In this document: one piece after another, positions 9,977 through 19,639 of the stretch
Layout of the letters: each line of letters begins with the position of its first letter
Numbering within the stretch: position 1 is the first letter of the stretch
Origin: an uncultured delta proteobacterium
GTDB lineage: Bacteria > Desulfobacterota > Binatia > UBA9968
NCBI GenBank assembly: GCA_963745035.1
Contig: CAVUVW010000017.1
Span: 224,001 to 288,000, forward strand
DNA: 64,000 bases
Reading direction: 5' to 3'
Notes under the pieces: model-generated
The model's input: the letters and a program-made list of their open reading frames with translations, nothing else
Databases searched by the model: none
Told to the model about the DNA's origin: nothing
Position numbers and translations under genes: made by a program

Positions 9977-10669
9977 TCAACGCTGATCAGAGGCTTCCGA
10001 CGCATACGGCATCGCCGGCAGAGAAAATGAGAAGGTGGATCCGGCGCCTTGGTCGCTGACCACCCAAATTTTTCCCCCGTGCGCTTCGACGATCATTTTA
10101 CAGATAACTAGGCCAAGCCCCGTTCCCTTTTGAGTAGAAGCTTTTAGACTGTCAGCTTGACGGTATTTTTGGAAAATATGGTCGATCTCATCAGCGGCGA
10201 TCCCATCCCCATTGTCTTTGACCCAGACGTTTACCCATCCGCCGTCCATCGCGTGCGCCCCGACCTCGATTTCGCCATCCTCGGAGGTAAACTTGATGGC
10301 GTTGCTGATGAGGTTGCCCAGGACCTGATCTAAACGTCGCGGGTCGGCGCCGATCAGAGGGAGCGATGAAACGATGGCATTATGGATCGAGATTTGTTTT
10401 TCCGGGGCCAAAACGCCGTAGCTCTCCACGGACGTTTCGATCAATTCTTTCAGGTCGACTCTTTCCCGTTTCACGTCAACGTAGCCCGACTCCAGTTTCG
10501 AGACGTCGAGGAAATCGTTCACGAGCTCGACGAGGCTGCGGCTGTTGGTCTGAATCCTCATGAGCCATTTCGTTTGCTCTTCGGTTACGCTGCCAAATAT
10601 ACCCTGCATCATGACCTCCGCCACTCCCGTAATGTTCATCAAAGGGGAGCGCAGGTCGTGCGCGATCAT
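9977..10669 (-). CDS. Histidine kinase core (HisKA + HATPase_c) lacking a sensor domain; possibly a truncated remnant
   Basis: AHDLRSPL H-box, NLISNAIKF N-box, DNGDGI G1, GTGLGL G2. Confidence 0.8.
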   Translation of the reverse strand: MIAHDLRSPLMNITGVAEVMMQGIFGSVTEEQTKWLMRIQTNSRSLVELVNDFLDVSKLESGYVDVKRERVDLKELIETSVESYGVLAPEKQISIHNAIVSSLPLIGADPRRLDQVLGNLISNAIKFTSEDGEIEVGAHAMDGGWVNVWVKDNGDGIAADEIDHIFQKYRQADSLKASTQKGTGLGLVICKMIVEAHGGKIWVVSDQGAGSTFSFSLPAMPYASEASDQR

Positions 10670-10823
10670 CGCGGAAAAATCCGCCTGCAGTTTGTTCGTT
10701 TGAACGTGAAGTCGCGGAACCGAGAGGTTAATTTGGGTTTACATTCGGCCTTCGTTCACCGGTTCGATCTCGCAGATTATTCGGTAGAGTCCTGCAAAGG
10801 TTTCGTGTAAGAGAGACAGCACC

Positions 10824-11996
10824 ATGAGCCTTGCCGCGTCAACGCCCATCGCCGCAGCCTCTGCCAAAGTCGCTGTGCGCCTCGCGGGATTGTGGAAAAC
10901 CTATCCGGGCGGCGCCAATCCGGCGGTGAAAGATCTCTCGCTCGACGTGCTCGACGGCGAAATCCTGACCTTGCTCGGCCCGAGCGGCTGCGGCAAGACG
11001 ACGACCTTGCGCATGGTCGCGGGCTTGGAAACCCCCGACGCCGGCGATATTTTTTTCGGCGATCAGGCTGTTGTCATGACCTCGCGGCAAATTTCTTTGC
11101 CACCCAACAAGCGCAATGTCGGCATGGTCTTTCAATCCTACGCCATCTGGCCGCACATGACGGTGGCGGAAAACGTCGCTTTCCCGCTCAAGGCGCGCCG
11201 ATTTCCGCGGACGGAAATCAAGGAGCGCGTTCATCGCGTCCTCGATCTTGTCGGCTTGGCGGGATACGAAGATCGACCCGGGCCGCTCCTAAGCGGCGGA
11301 CAGCAGCAGCGCGTCGCCTTTGCGCGCGCGCTGGTCACCGAGCCGCGCGTTTTGCTCCTCGATGAGCCGTTCAGCAATCTCGACGCCAAACTGCGCGAGC
11401 AGATGCGCCTCAGCGTCAAGCTGCTGCAGAAGCGATTGCACATCGCGATGCTGTTCGTCACCCACGACCAGATCGAGGCACTGAGTTTGTCCAATCGCAT
11501 CGCGCTGATGAACTTCGGTGTCGTACAGCAGCAAGGCGACCCGCGCCTGCTTTACGAAGAGCCGGTCAACGAGTTCGTGCGCGACTTTGTCGGCAGAACT
11601 TTATTGTTCAAAGGCACGGTGCAAACCGCCAATCCGTCGGGCCAGATGGCGATCGCGCTCGCCGGCGCGCGCGACTGCATCGTGTTTGGGCGCAGCTACA
11701 ATCCGGGCGGCGTCAAAGCGGGCGAATCCGTCTACATCGGCGTTCGTCCCGAGGACGTGGAGATCCGCCCGGCGCTCGGCGGCGAGGCGCCCGCGGGTAT
11801 GATTGGCGGCAAGGCGCAGACCGCCCTGTTCGTCGGCGAGCGCATCGAATACCAAGTCGAAGTCGACGGCCAAGGCGTGATCATGATTTACGGCGAACGC
11901 CACGAGCCGGTCGAGGAAGGCAGCAAGGTCTGGTTGACGCTACGGCCCGACGGCCACACGGCGTGGGCATCGGATTGGTCGCACAAGGAAGAGTGA
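10824..11996 (+). CDS. ABC transporter ATP-binding protein (FbpC/PotA-like)
   Basis: GPSGCGKT, LSGGQQQ, LLDEPFSNLD, C-terminal TOBE. Confidence 0.95.
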   Translation: MSLAASTPIAAASAKVAVRLAGLWKTYPGGANPAVKDLSLDVLDGEILTLLGPSGCGKTTTLRMVAGLETPDAGDIFFGDQAVVMTSRQISLPPNKRNVGMVFQSYAIWPHMTVAENVAFPLKARRFPRTEIKERVHRVLDLVGLAGYEDRPGPLLSGGQQQRVAFARALVTEPRVLLLDEPFSNLDAKLREQMRLSVKLLQKRLHIAMLFVTHDQIEALSLSNRIALMNFGVVQQQGDPRLLYEEPVNEFVRDFVGRTLLFKGTVQTANPSGQMAIALAGARDCIVFGRSYNPGGVKAGESVYIGVRPEDVEIRPALGGEAPAGMIGGKAQTALFVGERIEYQVEVDGQGVIMIYGERHEPVEEGSKVWLTLRPDGHTAWASDWSHKEE

Positions 11997-12013
11997 TTAT
12001 GAAGGAGAGATAC

Positions 12014-13192
12014 ATGGAAAGCAGAGAAATATTGACGTATCGCGCCGCAACCCTATGGGCCCTATTCGTCCTATTCGTCCTTCCACCGCAGATCACCCTC
12101 GCCGCCGCGCCGCAGCCGCCGGCCAATTTCGAGCAGGAATGGTCCAAGCTCGCCGCCGCGGCCAAGCAGGAAGGCACGTTGGCGATCGCATCGGGCGGCG
12201 CGCCATCGCGCCAGTACCGCCCGGTGATCGACGCGTTCTCGAAAAAGTTCGGCGTCAAAGTCGAAGTCTCGACCGGCAACGCGACCGATACCGTCAATCG
12301 CGTGCTCGCCGAGCGCAAGGCCGGGCGCTACACCGTCGACGTCGCGTTGATCAGCGTGCGTGAAAATCAGCAGCGCCTGGTGCCGTCGGAATCGGTGGTG
12401 CCATTCGCGCCTCTGCTCATCCATCCCGAAGTGGTCAATGCGTCTCTCTGGTACGGCGGCAAACACTGGTATGGCGACAAGGATTCCAAATTCGCTTTCA
12501 TCTATCACGCAGCCGTCGAGGATCAGTACGAGGTCTGGTTCAACACCGAGAAACTCAAGGAAGCGGATATTCTTACGGTCAAAAAGCAAAGCGATATCTT
12601 CGACCCGCGTTGGAAAGGCAAGATCCAAGGCCAAGGCATGGGCGATCCGTCCGGCATTCGCCAGATGATCGACGCCTATTTCGAGCCCGATCGCGGGCCC
12701 GATTGGGTGAAGACTTATCTCACCGGCGCCGGCGTGACGTTTTCGGACGACCGGCGGATTTTGGAAACTTGGCTCGTCGGCGGCCGGTTTTCCGTGCAGT
12801 TTGTCTCAACCGCGGAAGAGGAGCTGCGCGCGTTGGCGAAAAAAGGGTTGCCGGTGAAACAGGTCTTCTTGCCCAAGCAAGTCGGCATGATCCGCGCCGC
12901 GGGCTCGGGATGCTGCATCTCCGCTTTCGCCAACGCGCCGCATCCGAATGCGGCAAAGTTGTTCATCAACTGGTTTCTGTCCAAGGAAGGCCAAACCCTC
13001 ACCCATACTTTGATCCCCAACATCGATCGCTCTTCGCTGCGCAACGATGTGCCCGTTGGCGAGGTCGTTTCAGATCAGCAGCGCAAGCCCGGCAAGCAGT
13101 ATTCCTTCCCCGACGCCGAACCCGGCATGGGCGCGAAACACGAAGAAGCGCAGAAGGTGATCTTCAAGATCTGGGAGTCGAGGCAAAAATAG
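12014..13192 (+). CDS. ABC transporter solute-binding protein
   Basis: GAAGGAGA RBS, signal peptide, AAAKQEG, APHPNAAKLFINWFLSKEGQ. Confidence 0.9.
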   Translation: MESREILTYRAATLWALFVLFVLPPQITLAAAPQPPANFEQEWSKLAAAAKQEGTLAIASGGAPSRQYRPVIDAFSKKFGVKVEVSTGNATDTVNRVLAERKAGRYTVDVALISVRENQQRLVPSESVVPFAPLLIHPEVVNASLWYGGKHWYGDKDSKFAFIYHAAVEDQYEVWFNTEKLKEADILTVKKQSDIFDPRWKGKIQGQGMGDPSGIRQMIDAYFEPDRGPDWVKTYLTGAGVTFSDDRRILETWLVGGRFSVQFVSTAEEELRALAKKGLPVKQVFLPKQVGMIRAAGSGCCISAFANAPHPNAAKLFINWFLSKEGQTLTHTLIPNIDRSSLRNDVPVGEVVSDQQRKPGKQYSFPDAEPGMGAKHEEAQKVIFKIWESRQK

Positions 13193-13202
13193 CTCTCGAA
13201 GA

Positions 13203-13299
13203 GTTCAAGCTGTTCAACGTTCAAGCAGTTCAAATCGCCGGATTCCTGTGCGACGGACTCAACGGTTTGAACGTTTTGAACTATTTGAACGGCTTGAAC
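13203..13299. repeat. 9-nt period inverted tandem repeat (GTTCAA arm / TTGAAC arm)
   Basis: gttcaa x4 (13203-13233), then ttgaac x4 at 9-nt spacing (13267-13299). Confidence 0.92.
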
Positions 13300-13317
13300 A
13301 AATTGTTGTAGTTGCCC

Positions 13318-15108
13318 GTGGACCAATCCCCCACTTTAGAGCAGTCGCACGTTCCTGGAGCCATTGCCGCGCCGCGCCTGACCAAAGGTCATTTCATCAT
13401 GGCCGCGGTCTTGATAGCGCTCGGGTACTTCCTGATCTGGCCGGTGCTGCTGCTCCTGATCAACAGCTTTAATGCCGCCTCCGATTGGTTTGTCGAGCCG
13501 CGCGACTGGGGAGTCAAGCACTGGATCAATGCCTGGCAGCGGCCCGGCTTGCTCACCTCGCTCGGCAACTCGCTGCTGGTCTGGTCGTTGACTGTTTGCG
13601 TCAGCTTTCCCATCGGCGTGGCCATCGCCTGGCTGCTCGCGCGCACCAGGACTCCCTTCAGCCATACGTTGGAATTTCTTTTTTGGGTTTCCTACATGGT
13701 GCCCTCGCTGCCGACGACCATCGCCTGGATCACCCTGCTCGACCCCGACATCGGCATAATCAACGTGGCGCTCAAAAAACTGTTCGCTCTCGAGCAGGGC
13801 CCGTTCAATATTTTCAGCGTGCCGGGCATCGTCTGGGCAAATCTGATGGGCCACGGCATTTCGATCAAAGTCATGCTCTTGACCCCCGCCTTTCGCAACA
13901 TGGACTCGACTCTGGAAGAAGCCGCTCGCGTGGGCGGCGCGAGCAATCTAAGAACGCTTTTCAAAGTCACCCTGCCGCTGATGATTTCGCCGATGATGAT
14001 GGTGTTCGCGCTCCAGCTCCTGCGCGTGTTTCAATCTTTCGAGACCGAGTATCTGTTGGGCATGCCTTTCGGCTTTTTCGTCTACTCGACCAAAATTTTC
14101 ACTCTGATCCGCAATCAGATTCCGAACTACGGCGAGGCCACGGTGCTGGCGAGCCTCACCTTGCTGATGATTGCGTTGATCATTCCGCTGCAGCGCTGGA
14201 TTTTGGAGCGGCGCCGCTACACGACGATCACCGGCAATTTTCGTCCCGGCCTGATCGACCTCGGCAGATGGAATTACGTCGCGTTCGGCGTCATCGCCTT
14301 GCTGCTCGCCTTGCTGACCGTCGGGCCTCTTGCGATCCTGGTGCTCGGAAGTTTCATGCAGCGGATCGGCTATTTCGTCCTGGGGTACACTCTCGATCAT
14401 TGGCGGCTGGTGCTGACCGATCCCGTGTTCGTCAAGGCGCTGCGCACCACCTTGGTCCTCGCGGTAACCGCGGGCATTTGCAGTCCACTGCTTTTTTCCG
14501 TGCTCGCCTACATACTCGTGCGCACGCGTTTGCCCGGTCGCGGCGCACTGGATCTGATGATCTGGAGCTCAGGCGCCGTTCCGGGCATCCTCGCGGGGTT
14601 GGGTTTGCTCTGGGTTTTTATCGGCACGCCGGGTTTGAATTTTCTTTTCGGCACGATCTGGGCGTTGATCATCGTCGTCCTGCTGCAAGGCAAGACCACC
14701 GGCGTCAATATCGTGAAGGGCGTGCTCGTGCAGGTCGGCGCTGACATGGAAGAAGCCGCGCGCGTCGCCGGCGCCGGTTGGATCAGAACCTACTTCCGCA
14801 TCTGGCTGCCGCTTTTAATGCCGACCATGATTCTTCTTGCGGTGATGAATTTCGTGAGCGCCGCCGGCGCCACCAGCAGCATTATCTTGCTCGCGTCGCG
14901 CGACACCATGACGCTCTCGCTCATGGCGCTCGAATTGTCTTCCGTCGCGATCAGCAACCGCGAAGCCGCGAGTATCATCAGCATCTTCATTGTCCTGTTT
15001 ACCGTCACCGGCGCCCTCCTCGTCCGCTATTTCGGCCGCCGCTTCGGCGTGCGCCACGACCTGCGCGCCAGCGAAGGCGTAGCGCAAGCGCGCATCGCTG
15101 CGCGCTAG
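13318..15108 (+). CDS. ABC transporter permease (FbpB-like, two BPD_transp_1 domains)
   Basis: Two EAA motifs (LEEAARVGGAS, MEEAARVAGAG), about 12 TM helices. Confidence 0.93.
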   Translation: MDQSPTLEQSHVPGAIAAPRLTKGHFIMAAVLIALGYFLIWPVLLLLINSFNAASDWFVEPRDWGVKHWINAWQRPGLLTSLGNSLLVWSLTVCVSFPIGVAIAWLLARTRTPFSHTLEFLFWVSYMVPSLPTTIAWITLLDPDIGIINVALKKLFALEQGPFNIFSVPGIVWANLMGHGISIKVMLLTPAFRNMDSTLEEAARVGGASNLRTLFKVTLPLMISPMMMVFALQLLRVFQSFETEYLLGMPFGFFVYSTKIFTLIRNQIPNYGEATVLASLTLLMIALIIPLQRWILERRRYTTITGNFRPGLIDLGRWNYVAFGVIALLLALLTVGPLAILVLGSFMQRIGYFVLGYTLDHWRLVLTDPVFVKALRTTLVLAVTAGICSPLLFSVLAYILVRTRLPGRGALDLMIWSSGAVPGILAGLGLLWVFIGTPGLNFLFGTIWALIIVVLLQGKTTGVNIVKGVLVQVGADMEEAARVAGAGWIRTYFRIWLPLLMPTMILLAVMNFVSAAGATSSIILLASRDTMTLSLMALELSSVAISNREAASIISIFIVLFTVTGALLVRYFGRRFGVRHDLRASEGVAQARIAAR

Positions 15109-15301
15109 TTGATGATCGGATAGCGCTGCGCCTTTCGGCGGACGGGCAACCGCAGGTTGACGCTGCATCGCGAACCACTGTTTCAAAGCCATTCAATGCA
15201 GATCGTGGCGCATGTTGCCCGGCGTCAAGCGGCGAGACTCATCATTGCTTTTTTCCCGGAGGTGAAATAATCAGACGTAGAGAATCCCAAGGAGGCGCAC
15301 G

Positions 15302-16924
15302 ATGGCTGGACCCAATGTCGCGGATGCTTTGATCGAATATTTGAGCTCGAGAGGGGTCGAGAATATTTTTGGCGTGCTGGCGCATACGTCGTTTGCGATC
15401 GGCGATGCGATCGCCAGGCGGCCCCATATGAAGTTCGTCAACGCGCAGCACGAGGGCGGCGCGGGCAACATGGCGCTCGGTTATGCGCGCGCGGCGAAAA
15501 AGCCGGCGGTCTGTTTGGTCTCCGCGGGCGGCGGCGCGACCAATATCGTCACCCCGGTTGCCCAGGCTCATAAAGAATCGGTGCCGCTGTTCGTCATCTC
15601 CTCGGATATCGACACCGCCGCTTCGGCGAAAAGCCCCTATTCGTCGTTCCATGGCATGGAGCATGTCCGGCTCTTCCAGCCGATTACCAAACAAAGCGCC
15701 AAGCTCGAGCGCGTCGAGGAGCTGGGTTCGCTGCTCGATTCACTTTTTCGCCAAACCACCCGCGGACGGCAAGGGCCGGTGTTTTTCATCGTCCCCGAGG
15801 ATCTGCAGCACGAGCATCTGCCCGAGCCGTTGAGCTTCACGCCCAGAGCGGAACCGGTCGCGCCCGCGATGGATGCGGCCGCCGCGCGGTCCGCCGTAGA
15901 TTTGCTGCTGCAGGCAAAATCTCCGGTGGTGCTCGCCGGCACCGGCGTGGATTGGGCAGGCGCGCGCGACGAAGTGCGCGAGCTTGCCGATCTTCTGTCG
16001 CTGCCCGTCGCGGTGAGCTATACGGCCAAAGGCGTTTTCCCCGAGAACCACGCGCTCGCGCTCGGCTGCCTCGGCTTCGGCAGCCGCCCCTACGCGCGCA
16101 AGTTCTTTCAAGAGTCGGATCTGATTCTTGCCCTCGGGGCGACGTTCAGCGAAGGCACGACCATGCGCTTCGGCCATGAGATCATTCCCGAGCAGGCCAA
16201 GATCGTGCAGATCGACACCGATCCCGACGAGCTCGGCGGCAATTATCCGACGGCGCTCTCGATTCAAGCCGACGCCAAGGTCGCGCTGCGCGCGATCATC
16301 GACGAAGTCAAAAAGCGCCAGCCCAAGCCGCCGAACGGTTCAAGAGCCCAAGCGATCAAGCAAGCCAGGGAAGCTTGGAAAAATGAAGTCGAGCGCAAAC
16401 CCGCCAACAACGGCTTGACCTACGAGACCGTGATGCGCGCGCTCAATGATCTGCTCAAGGGCGATGAAATCCTGACCACGTCGGGCATGACCGGCGACAC
16501 CTTGCGCGGCATCGACGCCGTAAACCCGATCATCCATGCCGGCGAGTTCCGCGCCATCGGCACCGCGCTCGCGACCGCCATGGGCGTGAAGCTCGGCCGC
16601 CCCGAAGCGCGCGTGATCTGCGTCACCGGCGACGGCTCGTTCATGATGGAGCAGCAAGAGCTCGCCACCGCGACCTATCACAAGATTCCAATCTTCGTCC
16701 TGATCCTGCGCAACAACGCCTACGGCGGCATGAAGCGCGACCAGATCAAATCCTACGAAGGCCGCGTCATCGGCACCGAGCTTTTTATCCCCGACCTCGC
16801 CAAACTCTCCGAGCTCTATGGCGCCAAAGCCTTCGCGGTGACGAAGAAAGAAGAGTTAAAGCCGGTTTTTCAGCAAGCTCTGGCGTCAGATGATTTTGTC
16901 GTCGTGGATGTGAAGTTGGATTGA
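15302..16924 (+). CDS. ThDP-dependent enzyme (acetolactate synthase-like family)
   Basis: HEGGAG catalytic Glu, GDGSFMM..NN ThDP motif; AGGAGG RBS. Confidence 0.92.
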   Translation: MAGPNVADALIEYLSSRGVENIFGVLAHTSFAIGDAIARRPHMKFVNAQHEGGAGNMALGYARAAKKPAVCLVSAGGGATNIVTPVAQAHKESVPLFVISSDIDTAASAKSPYSSFHGMEHVRLFQPITKQSAKLERVEELGSLLDSLFRQTTRGRQGPVFFIVPEDLQHEHLPEPLSFTPRAEPVAPAMDAAAARSAVDLLLQAKSPVVLAGTGVDWAGARDEVRELADLLSLPVAVSYTAKGVFPENHALALGCLGFGSRPYARKFFQESDLILALGATFSEGTTMRFGHEIIPEQAKIVQIDTDPDELGGNYPTALSIQADAKVALRAIIDEVKKRQPKPPNGSRAQAIKQAREAWKNEVERKPANNGLTYETVMRALNDLLKGDEILTTSGMTGDTLRGIDAVNPIIHAGEFRAIGTALATAMGVKLGRPEARVICVTGDGSFMMEQQELATATYHKIPIFVLILRNNAYGGMKRDQIKSYEGRVIGTELFIPDLAKLSELYGAKAFAVTKKEELKPVFQQALASDDFVVVDVKLD

Positions 16925-16948
16925 GCGGCGCAGCAAAGGACTGAAACT

Positions 16949-17425
16949 ATGGCACTTCAGCTACGCCGTGTCGTCACCGGTCACGATGCCAACGGGCGCG
17001 CGGTCGTCAAGATCGACGAGATTTCCAAGAACCAACCTTCCGGACGTCCGGGTCGGTCAGCCTGCGTGGTCTGGACCACGGAATCTTTTCCGGTGGACAA
17101 CGCAGACGATCAGGATGGGAGCAAGCGGCCGGTCGGCACGACTTTGAAAAACGGCACGGTCTTCCGTGTCGTCGAATTCGCGCCCGGCGTTTCACCGCGA
17201 GTTCATCGGACGGATTCCATCGATTACGCCGTCGTCATTTCAGGTGAAATCGACATGGAGCTTGACGATTCCGTCGTTCACCTTAAAGCCGGCGACGTGC
17301 TCGTGCAGCGCGGCACGATTCACAACTGGATCAATCGCTCCAGCGAGCCCTGCGTGATCGCCTTCATCCTCATCGACGCCAAATCCGTCGAAGTTGACGG
17401 TAAGATTCTGCGCGCTGAGGGATAA
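16949..17425 (+). CDS. Cupin domain protein
   Basis: RRVVTGHD, HRTDSIDY, GDVLVQRGTIHNW. Confidence 0.9.
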   Translation: MALQLRRVVTGHDANGRAVVKIDEISKNQPSGRPGRSACVVWTTESFPVDNADDQDGSKRPVGTTLKNGTVFRVVEFAPGVSPRVHRTDSIDYAVVISGEIDMELDDSVVHLKAGDVLVQRGTIHNWINRSSEPCVIAFILIDAKSVEVDGKILRAEG

Positions 17426-17510
17426 TTCTGCGGAGCTGCCCGGACGGTGAAATGTTCAAACGACTCCGCGCCGTACGCGCGAGCGACTCGCCGAGCGACA
17501 AACCTAAAAC

Positions 17511-17960
17511 TCAATCTTGCGGCTGCTTCGATCCGATGCGCTTGGCGACTTGCGCGTGGGCGAGGACCACGCGCGGATCGCGCTGCAAGGCGGCGACATA
17601 GCGCTCGCCGAATTCTCCGCCGCTTTTTGCCGGGACCAGCAAAAAAACCGACTGGTTCATCACCGCATCCACGTCGGCAGTGGTCAGCGGTTCCTTGGCG
17701 TCGAGGGTTTCGTCGATGGCGACGATCAATTGTGAGACGGGGCGCAGCCAGGCAAAATACGAGTCGGTCGTCAGAAGCTGGAAAAAATGATTCGGCGATT
17801 GGATCGGGCCGACGTTCTTCTCGTAAACGATCTTTTCCGAGTCGAGGAGCGCTTTGTGCAGCTTGAGCAGAGCGCCATGCAGCTCGATCAAAGGCTTGCG
17901 CATATCCTCCTGCTCCGTACCCGGCCGTTTCGGTTCATTCATCGCCATCTCTGGACTCAT
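17511..17960 (-). CDS. Conserved hypothetical helical protein
   Basis: LLKLHKALLDSE..FAWLRPVSQLIVAIDE; downstream of the pirin gene on the same strand. Confidence 0.72.
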   Translation of the reverse strand: MSPEMAMNEPKRPGTEQEDMRKPLIELHGALLKLHKALLDSEKIVYEKNVGPIQSPNHFFQLLTTDSYFAWLRPVSQLIVAIDETLDAKEPLTTADVDAVMNQSVFLLVPAKSGGEFGERYVAALQRDPRVVLAHAQVAKRIGSKQPQD

Positions 17961-17987
17961 GCTAGTCGTTACCGGCGCTAAACACCA

Positions 17988-18016
17988 GTAGGGGCGGGTT
18001 TGAAACCCGCCCCTAC
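17988..18016. repeat. GTAG-type REP palindrome
   Basis: gtaggggcgggttt-g-aaacccgcccctac, a perfect palindrome starting with GTAG. Confidence 0.85.
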
Positions 18017-18047
18017 CTCATGCATCGCTCGTCGGTGATGACGGGGG

Positions 18048-18899
18048 TTATTGCGCAAAGGTGCCTTGCTGCAGCTCGCGCAGCGTCTGCTGGATCTCCG
18101 CCTGCGTGTTCATCACGAACGGGCCGTAGCGCGCGATCGGCTCGTTCAGCGGCGCTCCGGAAACCAGTAGAAATCTCGCCGGGCTATCGCCGGCGCGCAC
18201 TTCGACGCCGTCACCGTCGTCCCAGACCACAAGCTTTGGCGCTGCGACCGCGGTTGAATCCGCGGCGCCGAAAGACGCTTCGCCTTCGAAAAGATAGGCA
18301 AAGGCAGAGTGCCCCCGCGGAATCGGCTGGACAAGCGATCCGCCCGGCGCAAGCGACACGTCGAGATAGGTCGGTTCGGCGGCGATGCCGCTGATCGGCC
18401 CGGCAACGCCGTCGACTTTGCCGGCGATGACGCGAACTCTGGCTCCGCCCTCGCGTTCGATCGCAGGGATCTCGTTTGCGTGAATGTTCTGATAGCGCGG
18501 CGCGCTCATCTTCTGGTTCTTGGGCAAATTCACCCAGAGTTGAAATCCCGCGATACCCTCCGGACGCACTTGCGGCATTTCTTCATGCAAAATGCCGCGC
18601 CCGGCGCTCATCCATTGCAGATCGCCGGGTCCGATCTCTCCCGCGTTCCCGGCCGAATCGCGATGGCGCACCGCGCCGGTCAATAGGTACGTAACCGTTT
18701 CGATGCCCCGATGCGGATGCAGCGGAAACCCCGCTTGATAGTCGGCTGGATTTTGCGACTGGAAGTGATCGAGCAGCAAAAACGGATCGAGATAGTCGAG
18801 CGTCCGCGTACCGATGCTGCGTTTGAGCCGCACGCCGGCGCCCTCGACGACCGCTTGCGGTTCGATGATCTTGGCGATTTTTCGTGCTGTCGTTTTCAT
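18048..18899 (-). CDS. Pirin family protein
   Basis: DPFLLLD, HPHRGIETVTY, GILHEE, GPFVMN. Confidence 0.95.
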   Translation of the reverse strand: MKTTARKIAKIIEPQAVVEGAGVRLKRSIGTRTLDYLDPFLLLDHFQSQNPADYQAGFPLHPHRGIETVTYLLTGAVRHRDSAGNAGEIGPGDLQWMSAGRGILHEEMPQVRPEGIAGFQLWVNLPKNQKMSAPRYQNIHANEIPAIEREGGARVRVIAGKVDGVAGPISGIAAEPTYLDVSLAPGGSLVQPIPRGHSAFAYLFEGEASFGAADSTAVAAPKLVVWDDGDGVEVRAGDSPARFLLVSGAPLNEPIARYGPFVMNTQAEIQQTLRELQQGTFAQ

Positions 18900-18936
18900 G
18901 ATTGCACCTCCCGTTTCGTTGGAAAGCCGACGGCGA

Positions 18937-19521
18937 CTACGCCTCGCTCTTCTGCGCCTCGTTCGTCTTTTGCAATCCACGCGTCCAGTTGACCAGGATT
19001 CCCAGCAATTGGCGGATCAATTTTTTGGTCTCCTCGTTCGTAAGATTGCCGTCGCCGTCGAAATGCTCGGCCGCATTGCCGATCATGACTTCCGGCTGAT
19101 TGACCGGCAAGATATTCAGAAACACGAAGACCTGCCGCAAGTGATATTGCGCCCGCGCCGTCCCAAACCGTCCCACCGAGGCGCCCATGATCGCCGCCGG
19201 CTTGCCCGTCCAGGCGCTGTCGCCGTAGGGCCGCGAAGCCCAGTCGATGGCGTTCTTCAAGCCGCCGGGAATCGAGTAGTTGTATTCCGGTGTTACGAAC
19301 AGCACGGCGTCCGCTTCGCGGATGCGCTTTTTGAGCTCGACCACTTTTGCCGGCGGCTTCCGTTCGTCATCCTCGCTAAAAACCGGAATGCCGTCGAGCT
19401 CGATAGTCTCGAGAACGGCGTCCTTGGGCACAAGCTGCTGCGCGGCGCGCAGCGCCGCCCGGTTATAGGACTTGCGCCGCAGGCTACCGGCGATACCGAG
19501 AATGCGAATCGGTTTATCCAT
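18937..19521 (-). CDS. NADPH-dependent FMN reductase (ChrR/SsuE-like)
   Basis: GSLRRKSYN, TPEYNYSIPGGLKNAIDW. Confidence 0.95.
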   Translation of the reverse strand: MDKPIRILGIAGSLRRKSYNRAALRAAQQLVPKDAVLETIELDGIPVFSEDDERKPPAKVVELKKRIREADAVLFVTPEYNYSIPGGLKNAIDWASRPYGDSAWTGKPAAIMGASVGRFGTARAQYHLRQVFVFLNILPVNQPEVMIGNAAEHFDGDGNLTNEETKKLIRQLLGILVNWTRGLQKTNEAQKSEA

Positions 19522-19639
19522 GGCGTGAATCTCCTTTTTGGCAATCTCCTTGATGCTGTAAAACATACACATGAAACGCTTTTTCGACTAGACGGTGAAA
19601 CTTGGAAACACTCTTCAGCCTAATGTAAGATCGCCGGCC

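Noticed and set aside
13203-13299. Periodic arrays as CRISPR or mini-CRISPR
   Set aside because: Units are 7-9 nt with no 25-45 nt unique spacers, and there are no cas genes.
13485-14744. Long alternative-frame and antisense ORFs (also 35037-36182, 37040-38095, 45517-46491, 56524-57546)
   Set aside because: These are shadow ORFs typical of high-GC coding DNA and carry no recognisable motifs.
15110-15300. Riboswitch upstream of the ThDP enzyme
   Set aside because: No TPP-riboswitch consensus (CUGAGA etc.) is visible.
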